From assembly GCF_006345805.1 (NCBI RefSeq), contig NC_043006.1, forward strand, positions 67,580,001 through 67,644,000: a stretch of DNA of 64,000 nt, written 5' to 3'. This document shows, one piece after another, positions 1 through 12,253 of this stretch (position 1 is the stretch's first letter; each line of letters starts with the position of its first letter). Source of the stretch: Octopus sinensis. Lineage: Eukaryota. Both the position numbers and the translations under genes were made by a program. The notes under the pieces are model-generated. The model ran no database searches, was not told the DNA's origin, and was given only the letters and a program-made list of their open reading frames with translations.

Positions 1-505
1 CACCGGCACAGGTGCCAGTAAAGTGACGCTGGTAACGATCACACTCAAAAGGTGCCTTTTACATGCCACTGGCAAAGAAGCCATTTAGCCGCTCTGGCAA
101 TGATCACGCTCGGATGGTGCTCTTAGCACCCTACTAGCACAGGGCACAAGTGCCAGTAAGGTGACGCTGGTAACGATCACCCTCGAATGGTGCCTTTTAT
201 GTGCCCCTGGCATAGAAGCAGGTTAGCCATTCTGTCAACAATCACACTCGTATGGTGCTCTTTTCCACCCCACTATCACAGATGCTAGTCACCGAATTTG
301 ATTTTGATTTCACTTGCCTCAACAGGTTTAGTGTCCAAAGAAGGAAAAGGTACGCATAAGTGGGCTGGTTACGCCCCTGGCATAGGCCACAAGGTTATGG
401 TCTCATTTTGCTTGCCGGGTCTTCTCAAGCACAGCATATTTCCAAAAGTCACATTCACTAGTCATTTCCTTGGTGAGGCCTAAAGTTTGAAGGTCGTACT
501 TCAGC
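1..505 (-). mobile_element. RTE-clade LINE 3' fragment (end of RT ORF + repetitive 3' UTR)
   Basis: 466-505 matches the RT C-terminal DNA at about 7860-7905 (tcatttccttggtgaggcctaaagt). 1-330 matches the repetitive 3' UTR type seen at 6250-7750. Confidence 0.7.
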
Positions 506-954
506 ACTTGTTTCTGTCATTGAACTGTGGCTATGCTGGAGCATCACCTTGAAAGGTTTAGTTGAAGAAATCAACCCTAATATTATAAGACTAATACTTC
601 TTCTATTGGTCTCTTTTGCTAGACTAAGTTATGGGAATGTAGATAAACCAACACCCATTGTCAAGCAGTGCCACACAGTGAGACTGAACCCAGAACCATG
701 TGGTTGGGAAGCAAACTTCATATCAAACAGCCATGCCTCAATTTTGTATTCTTAATTCCAACTAATAAATGTGAGGGTAGGAACCCATGTATAAGGACCC
801 CTTTTTTGTCAAAAATTAGGTTTGAAAAAATGGGATTTTCTTATACATAGTATTATAATCCCTTACAAAACCTTTTTTCCAAATTTTAAACCCCAAAAAT
901 TAGGGGGTTCTTTATACACATTAAAATTTTAATAAGTAATAAAGTGACACAAAC

Positions 955-1055
955 CTCATTTTTTGGAATAATGGCCACCCAAGTTTCATGCACCATGTGG
1001 GTCCACTTGGCTTCCAATAAGACAGCAGCTTCAATGACAACAATATCTTTACCTT
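955..1055 (-). CDS. COASY: CoA synthase coding exon 7 (DPCK); gene continues beyond the left edge
   Basis: ttgttacag|AA (G+AA=Glu) [33 protein letters not shown]|gtttgt. Matches the DPCK motif vviDAavLlEagW...vheVW; phase 1-0. Confidence 0.94.
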
Positions 1056-1138
1056 CTGTAACAAAAATGAAAATGTTAAAATGTATCTATCTATGCAAGC
1101 ATATTGTAATAATAACAATAATAATAATAATAATATTA

Positions 1139-1174
<36 letters not shown>

Positions 1175-2935
1175 GGGTAGCATCATAACCATGTGTTGAG
1201 AGGGATTTTTTAGGGTTTGAATAATTCACCTCTGGAAACATGGGTGTTTTGTTCAACATCCTTAAACAACCCTTATTCAGGGACCTTTTGAGCGGGATGG
1301 GTTACTCGACAAGAAGAAAATTCTAACTGGGCCCCACCTGCAAGGTCATGTGCTGTTTATCTTGATATGAGATCACCATGTCGCGCACAAATGGTTGTGA
1401 TGCATGTGCCTGGTGTACCCTTATCAGATGGGTAGACATGATGGATATACTGAGCTTCATATATTTTACCCCAGTGTCACTTTGATGGCATGCACAGCTC
1501 TCTCACTCAATAATAATAATAATCCTTTCTACTGTAGGCACAAGACCTGAAATTAAGGGGAGGGGCTAGATGATTACATCGATCCAAGTACATAACTGGT
1601 ACTTATTTTATTGGTCCTGAAAGGATGGAAAATAGAGTCAACCTTGGTGGAATTTGAACTCAGAACTTAAAGAAGGACGAAATGCCGCTGTCATCCATAC
1701 ATACAGGTTTGTCCTTTACAGGTGCCAGTTCCACATAAAATGCACTCATGCCAGTGCTGCATAAATGTGCCCATGCTGGTGGCACGTAAAATGCACCCAG
1801 TACACTGTAAAGTGGTTGGTATTAGGAAGAGCATCCAGCCATAGAAACCATGCCAAACAAACAACTGGAATCTGGACAGCTCCTGCCAAACCATCCAACC
1901 CATGCCAGCATGGAAAACGGATGTTAAACGATAATGATTATGATTGCACCAAACAACATGCTTAGTGACATTTCTTCTGCTTTGTTTTTTTCGTTTACTT
2001 GTTTTAGTCATTTGACTGCGGTCAAACATACATACATATATTTTAATAATTATATACATAATTATAACAAGGGATAATGTCTCCATGTACTAGAAAAAAA
2101 TATTTGTGAAATTTACCTATAAGGTTTTTATTTCCGCACTGACCCCCTGGTAAAATCATTAATGATTTTACACTTTATTATAATACATATATATATATAT
2201 CACAGGCTTCTTTCAGTTTCCGTCAACCAAATCCACTCATAAGGCTTTGGTCGGTTCGAGGCTATAGAAGAAGACACTTTCCCAAGTTGCCATGCAGTGG
2301 GGCTGAACCTGGAACCATGTGGTTTGGAAGCAAGCTTCTTACCATATATATTCTTACCTATATATTCTGTATTTAATTCTGCCAAGGTCAACTTCACCCT
2401 TTTATCTTTCAAGGTCAATAAAATAAAGTACCAATCAAGTACTGCGGTGGATGTAACTATTTTCCAATTACAGATACGTTTAACGCCATCAATTCAGCAT
2501 GAAGAAAATTCAAAGACTCATTCAAGGTTACTATGAAGACAAATGCATCCGTGACTACATGCTTAGAATAGTGCATAACATCACTTATTAGAAATCTGGT
2601 TTACTTATTTGATTAAACTCATTAATCTTTCAAATCTTGTTGATTAAATTGATTGATTAAATCCATTTAGTTTTTGAATAATTTTTGGTAAGCATTTGTG
2701 CAGATGACATATATCAGCAAGTGAAAAACCAATGTGACCAATACCCAGGTTAGATATTCATACCAAATTACTTGTTCAGGATGTCTGGCATTGGTCCAGG
2801 AAAGTAACCTGAATACATAGATTTCTAACATAAACACAAACTTACAAATACATAGACTTGTAGCATAAAACACAATCACACAAATATAAAGGAAAATAAA
2901 CAGAAAGACGGGAAAGAAAAGTATGTGTCACCAAC

Positions 2936-3017
2936 CTTTTGCAAATTTGGCAATTTCCTCTTTGACAGCAGCTCCTATGGCAGGCCAAACCATACTGTTA
3001 AGTTGATGCAGTTTACT
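2936..3017 (-). CDS. COASY: CoA synthase coding exon 6, copy B (duplicate, 1631 bp from copy A)
   Basis: Same sequence and splice sites as 4567-4648, lying in the other unit of the tandem duplication. Confidence 0.88.
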
Positions 3018-4566
3018 CTGTTAGATGGATATACATGTATAAATAAATATATAAATGAACAAATACATCATCATCATCATTGTTTAACGTCTGTTTTCTA
3101 TGCTGACATGGGTTGGACGGTATAACTGAGGACTGGAGAGCCAGCAGCTGCACCAGGCTTCAATTTGATCCAGCAATGTTTCTACACCTGGATGTCCTTC
3201 CTAATGCCAACCACTCCGAGAGTGTAGTGGGTGCTTTCTACGCACCACCAGCACTGGAGCACAATGCAGTCCTTGAACCCATTGTATCTTTGTTAAACTG
3301 TCCGCCCCTTGGAACATGGATGTTAAATAATCATAATGATGATGATGATGATGGTGATGGTGATGATGATGATGATGATGATATATGCTGGTGCCACGTA
3401 AAAAGCAGTCAGTCCACTCTGATGGGTGGTTGGTGTAAGGAAGAGCATCCAGCCAGAAAAATCATGCCAAAACAGACACAGAAGTCTGGTGCAGTCTTAT
3501 GCCAGGCCAGCTCTTATCAAACCGTCCAACCCATGCCAGCATGGAAAACGGATGTTAAACGATAATGATTATGATTGCACCAAACAACATGCTTAGTGAC
3601 ATTTCTTCTGCTTTGTTTTTTTCGTTTACTTGTTTTAGTCATTTGACTGCGGTCAAACATACATACATATATTTTAATAATTATATACATAATTATAACA
3701 AGGGATAATGTCTCCATGTACTAGAAAAAAATATTTGTGAAATTTACCTATAAGGTTTTTATTTCCGCACTGACCCCCTGGTAAAATCATTAATGATTTT
3801 ACACTTTATTATAATACATATATATATATATCACAGGCTTCTTTCAGTTTCCGTCAACCAAATCCACTCATAAGGCTTTGGTCGGTTCGAGGCTATAGAA
3901 GAAGACACTTTCCCAAGTTGCCATGCAGTGGGGCTGAACCTGGAACCATGTGGTTTGGAAGCAAGCTTCTTACCATATATATTCTTACCTATATATTCTG
4001 TATTTAATTCTGCCAAGGTCAACTTCACCCTTTTATCTTTCAAGGTCAATAAAATAAAGTACCAATCAAGTACTGCGGTGGATGTAACTATTTTCCAATT
4101 ACAGATACGTTTAACGCCATCAATTCAGCATGAAGAAAATTCAAAGACTCATTCAAGGTTACTATGAAGACAAATGCATCCGTGACTACATGCTTAGAAT
4201 AGTGCATAACATCACTTATTAGAAATCTGGTTTACTTATTTGATTAAACTCATTAATCTTTCAAATCTTGTTGATTAAATTGATTGATTAAATCCATTTA
4301 GTTTTTGAATAATTTTTGGTAAGCATTTGTGCAGATGACATATATCAGCAAGTGAAAAACCAATGTGACCAATACCCAGGTTAGATATTCATACCAAATT
4401 ACTTGTTCAGGATGTCTGGCATTGGTCCAGGAAAGTAACCTGAATACATAGATTTCTAACATAAACACAAACTTACAAATACATAGACTTGTAGCATAAA
4501 ACACAATCACACAAATATAAAGGAAAATAAACAGAAAGACGGGAAAGAAAAGTATGTGTCACCAAC

Positions 4567-4648
4567 CTTTTGCAAATTTGGCAATTTCCTCTTTGACAGC
4601 AGCTCCTATGGCAGGCCAAACCATACTGTTAAGTTGATGCAGTTTACT
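4567..4648 (-). CDS. COASY: CoA synthase coding exon 6, copy A (first encountered in transcription)
   Basis: ctaacag|SKLHQLNSMVWPAIGAAVKEEIAKFAK-G|gttggt. Matches the DPCK segment L..L..I.WP.I; 82 nt, phase 0-1. Not in the ORF track. Confidence 0.88.
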
Positions 4649-6073
4649 CTGTTAGATGGATATACATGTATAAATAAATATATAAATGAACAAATACATC
4701 ATCATCATCATTGTTTAACGTCTGTTTTCTATGCTGACATGGGTTGGACGGTATAACTGAGGACTGGAGAGCCAGCAGCTGCACCAGGCTTCAATTTGAT
4801 CCAGCAATGTTTCTACACCTGGATGTCCTTCCTAATGCCAACCACTCCGAGAGTGTAGTGGGTGCTTTCTACGCACCACCAGCACTGGAGCACAATGCAG
4901 TCCTTGAACCCATTGTATCTTTGTTAAACTGTCCGCCCCTTGGAACATGGATGTTAAATAATCATAATGATGATGATGATGATGGTGATGGTGATGATGA
5001 TGATGATGATGATATATGCTGGTGCCACGTAAAAAGCAGTCAGTCCACTCTGATGGGTGGTTGGTGTAAGGAAGAGCATCCAGCCAGAAAAATCATGCCA
5101 AAACAGACACAGAAGTCTGGTGCAGTCTTATGCCAGGCCAGCTCTTATCAAACCGTCCAACCCATGCCAGCATGGAAGGCAGATGTATGATGATGATGAC
5201 AGACAATGTTGATGGTGACAACAGCAATGATATATATATAAGTGTGGTAACATAAACAGGGAAAACAGAACTCAAAACATGAGTATATAGGCACAGAAGT
5301 GGCTGTGTGGTAAGTAGCTTGCTTACCAACTAAATGATTCTGGGTTCAGCCCCACTGCATGGCACCTTGGGTAAGTGTCTTCTACTACTGAAACAAGTAA
5401 GAAGAAAAAAAAAAGAATATGTATATAATCATTTTATTATTCTAAGTCAACAGAAGTTACAAAGTGACTCAAGGACCAACAGTTTCATACATGGCAATTA
5501 TCAAATTGTGGTAAGTGCCATGCACAAAGCTCTCGGCCCTTTTGGTTACGTTTGAACTCAACAGCATATGATTGGTAATTCAGGACAATAGCGCCATTGA
5601 GGAAGCCTCAACACATTTGCTCAATATGCTGGATATAGCTGATAAATTCCCTCAAATTAAATCCTACCATCTTAAAAAGTGGATGGACACGTTGGATAAT
5701 AAGCACCTTCCTGGGTCATATAGATTCATAGGGCTGGTTCCTTGGATTCTATAAGATAAGATTCTATAGATAAGCATTACTTTCGACAGAGTAATCTAAA
5801 TGCTAAAGGATTAAAAATGCATCTTGCACAGTTAGGGAATATATGGAGCTGAACAACGGTGTACTGTTCTAAATACATTAATTCCTTCCTCTCTGTTAGG
5901 AACCAAAAGCACTTACACATACATATACACACACGACAGGAACTTCCGACTACCAAATTCAATCACAAGGCTTTAGTTGGTTCGAGGTTATAGCAGAAGA
6001 AACTTGAAGGCAAGTGTCTTCTACTATAGCCTTGGGTGGATTTGGTAGATGGAAACTGAAAGAAGCCCATCGT

Positions 6074-8350
6074 ATCATCATCATCATCATCATCATCATC
6101 ATTTAACGTCCGCTTTCCATGCTAGCATGGGTTGGACGGTTCAACTGGGGTCTGGGGAGCCCGAAAGCTGCACCAGTCCAGTCAGATCTGGCAGTGTTTC
6201 TACAGCTGGATGCCCTTCCTAACGCCAACCACTCCGAGAGTGTAGTGGGTGATTTTATGTGCCACCGACACAGGTGCCAGACGAGGCTGACAAACGGCCA
6301 CGCTCGGATGGTGTTTTTATGTGCCACCGACACAGGTGCCAGACGAGGCTGGCAGACGGCCACGCTCGGATGGTGTTTTTATGTGCCACCGACACAGGTG
6401 CCAGACGAGGCTGGCAGACGGCCACGCTCGGATGGTGTTTTTATGTGCCACCGACACAGGTGCCAGACGAGGCTGGCAGACGGCCACGCTCGGATGGTGT
6501 TTTTATGTGCCACCGACACAGGTGCCAGATGAGGCTGGCAAACGGCCACGATCGGATGGTGCTTGTTACGTGCCCACAGCACGGAGGCCAGTCGATGCGG
6601 TACTGGCTACGGCCACGTTCGGATGGTTTTCTTATGTGCCACGTGCCACCGGCACTGGTACCACAAAGATACAAATTCCATTGATGTTCATCTATTTTGA
6701 TTTGTTTTGATTTGATTTGATTTTCACTTGCCTCAACAGGTCTTCACAAGTGTCACAAGAAGGAAGGTATGCACAGGTGGACTGACTACGTCCCAGGTAG
6801 GGGCCATGGGCTATGGCCTGACTAGTCTTGCCGGGTCTTCGGATGGTGTTTTTATGTGCCACCGACACAGGTGCTAGATGAGGCTGGCGAACGGCCACGA
6901 TCGGATGGTGTTTGTCATGTGCCCACCGCACTGACTACGGCACTGATGGATTCTTGTGTGCCACAGGCACTGGTACCACAAGATACAAATTCCATTGATG
7001 TTCATCTATTTTGTCTATTTTGATTTGATTTGATTTGATTTTCACTTGCCTCAACCGGTCTTCACAAGTGTCACAAGAAGAAGGAAGGTATGCACAGGTG
7101 GACTGACTAGTCTTGCCGGGTCTTCGGAAGGTGTTTTTATGTGCCACCGACACAGGTGCCAGATGAGGCTGGCGAACGGCCATGATCGGATGGTGTTTGT
7201 TACGTGCCCACAGCACGGAGGCCGGTCGATGCGGAACTGGCTACGGCCACGTTCGGATGGTTCTCATGTGTGCCACCGGCACTGGTACCACAAAGTGTGT
7301 GCCACCGGCACTGGTACCACAAGCGGTACTGACTACGGCCACGTTCGGATGGATTCTTGTGTGCCACTGGCACTGGTACCACAAGGATACAAATTCCATT
7401 GATGTTCATCTATTTTGATTTGTTTTGATTTGATTTGATTTGATTTTCACTTGCCTCAGCAGGTCTCACAAGTCGGAAGGTATGTACAGGTGGACTGACT
7501 ACGTCCCAGGTAGGGCCCACGGGTTATGACCTGACTAGTCTTGCCGGGTCTTCGGATGGTGTTTTTATGTGCCACCATGTTCCCACAGCACGGAGGCCAG
7601 TCGGTGCGGTACTGGCTACGGCCACGTTCGGATGGTTTTCTTGTGTGCCACAGGCACTGGTACCACAAAGATACAAATTCCATTGATGTTCATCTATTTT
7701 GATTGATTTTCACTTGCCTCAGCAGGTCTTCACAAGTGTCACAAGAAGGAAGGTATGCACAGGTGGATCGACTACGTCCCAGGTAGGGGCCACGGGATAT
7801 GGCCTGACTAGTCCTGCCGGGTCCTCTCATGCACAGCACACTTCCATAGGACTCGGTCTTCAGTCATTTCCTTGGTGAGGCCTAAAGTTCGAAGGTCGTG
7901 CTTCACCACCTCGTCCCAGGTTTTCCTGGGTCTACCTCTTCCACAGGTTCCCTCAACTGCTAGGTTGTAGCACTTTTGCACACAACTATCTTCAGCCATT
8001 CTCGTCACATGACCATACCAGCGCAGCCGTCTCTCTTGCACACCACAACTGACACTTCTTAGGTTCAACTTTTCTCTCAAAGTACTTACACTCTGACGAT
8101 TATGAACACTGACATTACACATCCATCGGAGCATACTGGCTTCATTTCTTGCAAGCTTACGCATATCCTCAGCTGTCACGGCCCATGTTTCACTACCATG
8201 TAGCATGGCTGTACGTACACATGCATCATATAGTCTGCCTTTTACTCTTAGTGAGAGACCTTTTGTCACCAGCAGGGGTAAGAGCTCTCTAAACTTTGCC
8301 CAGGCTATTCTTACTCTAGCAGTTACACTTTCAGCACACCCACCCCCGCT
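6074..8350 (-). mobile_element. 5'-truncated RTE-clade LINE with tandem-repeat-expanded 3' UTR, inserted into a SINE
   Basis: ORF 7808-8350 contains ARVRIAWAKFRELLPLL...KGRLYDACVRTAMLHGSETW...RRLRWYGHV...GRGRPRKTW (RTE RT C-terminus). Ends in a (TGA)n tail at 6074-6101. SINE halves flank it at about 5990-6073 and 8351-8590. Confidence 0.9.
6259..6568. repeat. 62-bp minisatellite, about 5 copies, inside the RTE 3' UTR
   Basis: Unit gtgccaccgacacaggtgccagacgaggctggcagacggccacgctcggatggtgtttttat recurring at 6259, 6321, 6383, 6445, 6507. Confidence 0.92.
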
Positions 8351-8707
8351 ACATGTATATATATATGTATGTGTGTCTATATGTTTGTGTGTCTGTGTTT
8401 GACCCCCAACATCGCTTGACAACCAATGGTGGTGTGTGTTTACATCCCTGTAACTTAGCAGTTTGACAAAAGAAACCAATAGAATAAGTACTAGGCTTAC
8501 AAGGAGTAAGTCCTGGGGATCGATTTGCTCGACTAAAGGCAGTGCTCCAGCATAACCGCAGTCAAATGATTGAAACAAGTAAAAGAGTAAAAGGTACTAT
8601 GCAGTGGGACTGAACCCAAGACCATGTGGCTGGGAAGCAGGTTTCCTAACCACACAGCTATACCTGCGCCTATCTAGAAAAAAGTAATCAGTCACTATAA
8701 AACTGAC

Positions 8708-8835
8708 CTTATCTGAGAAGACAATCTTCCCCAATGAAGACCGCTGGATTTCTCCATTTGATGCCAGAATTTCCTTACCAAAATATTCCACAATTTGATG
8801 ATAGACAGGAGTATCTTTGATGTACACTTGGTGAC
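8708..8835 (-). CDS. COASY: CoA synthase coding exon 5 (DPCK)
   Basis: ccttcctag|(G)HQVYIKDTPVYHQIVEYFGKEILASNGEIQRSSLGKIVFSDK|gtcagt. 128 nt, phase 1-0. Confidence 0.95.
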
Positions 8836-9401
8836 CTAGGAAGGAGAAAGAGAAGGTTTTATAATGCGAGTGCTAGAGAGGGGGAAAGAGATAGAGGAGG
8901 GAAGAGAGAGAGGAAAGGCTGAGAGATTGCAGTACTTATGGTACTTCTGATCATTGATAAAAATGTTGTGCTTTAGAAGTCATAACTATATTTCTATTAT
9001 TGAAAACCAGTGGATGTATTCCACTGAATTTAGGTAAATAATCCTTTGAACGGACACTCAGTAGCGACACCAGCCTTGTTCGGCTGCTCTACATTGATAA
9101 GGGGCAAATACCCTGAAACTAGTCTGTAGATGCCAGACCAGCAAGGGGAAGCGGCTAACCTCCCCTGTTCAAAGGCTATAATGAACACAGGTTCATGTGT
9201 CAAATAGCTAGCTAGAGGTGATGGCCTCTTGGAGCTAATGAATGGCAGCATTCGTCCTATTTTTCTGTACTGCCATGTTAGCTTCGTGATAACTATTAAT
9301 ACATATATATATATATTACTCATAAAATACAGTGTACATTTATACACATAAGAGGAATCCACTTATGGGATTCAACACACTAGAAAGAACAGCTAGGTTC
9401 T

Positions 9402-10063
9402 AAAACCACAAAATTAGGGATAAAATTCCAAAAGGAACGAAATGAAAAGTTAAAACTTTTACTATCTAGTTTCCTGGACCAATTGGCTTCTGATTTTAGT
9501 TTAGCAAGTAAGATAATTTGCTAGGTGAAATTCTCCTCAACAGGTATACCTCAGATTAAATATATAAACACGAGGTAATCAATTATACGTCTCTTGTTTA
9601 TACATCCTAATCTTTTCAAATCTACTGTGCAGGCGCAGCTCCTCATCGGCAATAAGAAAATGCCAACTTTTAAAATTCGAAAATTATCCAAAAAGTTACA
9701 ATACTTAATTATATGAAGGGAATTGGAAATTAATAGAAATTTTCACTCCCAGTGGCCTAGCGTGTAAAAATTTAGTCCAAAGACTATGTATTACTCATAA
9801 AATACAGTGTAAATTTATACACATAAGAGGAATCCACTCATAGGATTCATCACACTAGAAAGAACAGCTAGGTTCTAAAACGTCTAAAGCCTCATGTTTA
9901 TATATTTAATCTGAGGTGTACCTGTTGAGGACGATTTCACCTAGCAAATTATCTTATTTGCTAAACTAAAATCAGAAACCAATTGGTCCAGGAAACTAGA
10001 TGGTAAAAGTTTTTATTTTTCATTTTGTCCCTTTCGGAATTTTATCCCTAATTTTGTGGTTTT
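9402..10063. mobile_element. Fold-back/MITE-like element with about 174-bp inverted arms
   Basis: 9402-9575 is the reverse complement of 9890-10063 with scattered mismatches. Confidence 0.8.
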
Positions 10064-10523
10064 TAAACCCTTCAATATGATTAAGTATCATATATACATA
10101 TATATATATATATATACGATGGGCTCCTTTCAGTTTCCATTTACCAAATCCACTCACAAGGTTTTGGTCAGCCCGTGACTATAGTAGAAGACACTTGCCC
10201 AAGGTGCCATGCAGTGGGGCTGAACCAAGAGCCATGTGGTTGGGAAGCAAGCTTCTTACCACACAGCCATGCCTATGCCTGACATTTAAAAAGTTTTTTT
10301 TTGGCAGGGTGTGAGTCCCTAAAAGAATCCAGGTTTTGGATCTGGCCTGGATTTTAGAAGCACCAGTCCAAATTGTCACAAGAAGGAGGGAGCAAGAGGA
10401 AGAGTGCTGGACATAGTTGGAACTCTGGCATCAGGTGATTCTTAAGTGAACAGGTTGGATGTAGAGAGAGATGTAGAGGAATACAGATGGACAGTTGAGC
10501 AAGAAAAAGAAAGAAGGAAATAC

Positions 10524-10653
10524 CTAATTTATCACAGTCCACAACAGCTGCACCAAGATTCTGCAGGTGCTTGCACACAGATGATTTGCCACTTGCAATG
10601 CCACCGGTCAAACCAATACAGTATGGCCAATTTGCAATTGGTTTTGTAGAAAA
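10524..10653 (-). CDS. COASY: CoA synthase coding exon 4 (dephospho-CoA kinase P-loop)
   Basis: ttgcag|FSTKPIANWPYCIGLTGGIASGKSSVCKHLQNLGAAVVDCDKL-G|gtattt. Classic DPCK GLTGGIASGKS motif; phase 0-1. Confidence 0.96.
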
Positions 10654-11384
10654 CTGCAATGATAAAATATTTAATATATATGAAGGAAATCTACATTAAG
10701 ATGGATAGATGGATGGATGGATGGACAAATAAACAGACAGGCAGGCAGGCAGGCAGGCAGACAGACAGACAGACAGACAGATAGACAGACAGACAGGCAG
10801 ACACATACATACATACATGCATAGAGAGACAGACAGATACATACATACATACACACATAAAGAGACAGACAGGCAGACAAACAGACAGATACACACATAC
10901 ATACATACATACACAAACACACACACATAAAGAGAGACAGAGACAGGCAGGCAGACAGACAGACAGAAGATGGTGGAGAAGGTATGAAGCAATGGAAATA
11001 CTAATAGCTCATTCCATGTAACTAGACTGGTCCATTTTTTATTCCGTATGATTTCATCAATCTAATTTCCATTCCATGCAACTGGACTAGTCACGTATTT
11101 GCCATTTTTAGTTCTACCTCTATTTCACATTTACTGGTTATTACCAATTCCCATTCAGATACTGATGGTTGTCAGTGTACCAGGTGCCATGTTAAAAACA
11201 CCCAGTACAGTCTGTAAAGTTGTTGGTGACGGGAAGAGTATCCAGTTGTACAAACCTAGCTAAAGTAGACACTGGAGACTAACACAGCCCTCGGGATAGT
11301 CAGATCCTGTTGAACCATCCAACCTGTGGACACTAAATGGTGACAATATTTAGGCAGAACCAGGGTAAAGCTACAACCCACTCC

Positions 11385-11436
<52 letters not shown>

Positions 11437-11454
11437 TCATGTATGTATTCTTTT

Positions 11455-11885
11455 ATTCGTTTCAGTCATTTGACTGCAGTCATGCTGGAGCACCGCCTTT
11501 AGTCAAAGAAATCGACCCCAGGACTTATTCTTTGTAAGCCATGTATTTATTCTATTGGTCTCTTTTGCCAAACCGCTAAGTTACGGGGACATAAACACAC
11601 CAACATTGGTTGTCAAATAACAGTGGATAGACAAACACAGACTCACAAACATACACACACACATAGTTTTTAAACATCGAATGGCTATGAGAGTCCACCA
11701 GAATAATATATGAAAGGGGTCCCCTCTCTCTCTTTCGGAGAGGCACTGAGCACCTACACACACATAAAGACAGCAGTAACTTCCACCTACTGAATTCAAT
11801 CACAAAGCTTCGGTCAACTCGGGGCTATAGTGGAAGACACCTGCCCAAAGTGCCACGCAGTGGGACTGAACCCGAAACCATGTAG
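11455..11885 (-). mobile_element. tRNA-derived SINE, family 1 (many further copies in window)
   Basis: Reverse complement of the family seen at 53035-53408. Other copies at about 2190-2345, 5295-5395, 10115-10275, 14645-15052, 32510-32805 and 59867-60110. Confidence 0.8.
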
Positions 11886-12253
11886 CTAGATGGATGAAAA
11901 ATGGTGGAGAACCCCTGGTTTAGAGTCTAAACCTTTCGAGGGGGTTTTGACACAAGCTTGACAATTTTGAGGAGTAAGAGCTAGTTGATTACATGGCTCC
12001 AGTACTTAACTGGTACTTATTTTATCAACCCTTGAAGGATGAAAAACAAAGTCGACCTTGATGGCATTTGAATTCAGAACATGAAGAAACAGAAAAAAAT
12101 GCCGCTAAGTATTTTGTCTGGATCGGTAACTGGTTCTGCCCTTTTTCTACCTTTCAATTACTTATAACATACACACACGCACAACTTATAACAGAGAAAG
12201 AAGTTTTGCTTGATTAGTAGGTATCTGAACATGAATCAAAGCTGACTTGGCTA

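Larger units (their letters stand above)
1895..5176. repeat. 1631-bp direct tandem duplication (2 units)
   Basis: ORF pairs offset by exactly 1631 (2200/3831, 2297/3928, 2667/4298, 2925/4556, 3113/4744). Shared breakpoint motif tccaacccatgccagcatggaa at about 1895, 3526 and 5157. Confidence 0.95.

Noticed and set aside
2667-2879. ORF with a transmembrane-looking C-terminus (LLSWTNARHPEQVIWYEYLTWVLV...), duplicated at 4298-4510
   Set aside because: No recognisable family, out of frame with COASY splicing, and located in an AT-rich intron.
6259-6568. Regularly spaced repeats resembling a CRISPR array, and the overlapping ORFs they generate
   Set aside because: The units are contiguous with no unique spacers, the context is eukaryotic, and they lie within a LINE 3' UTR.
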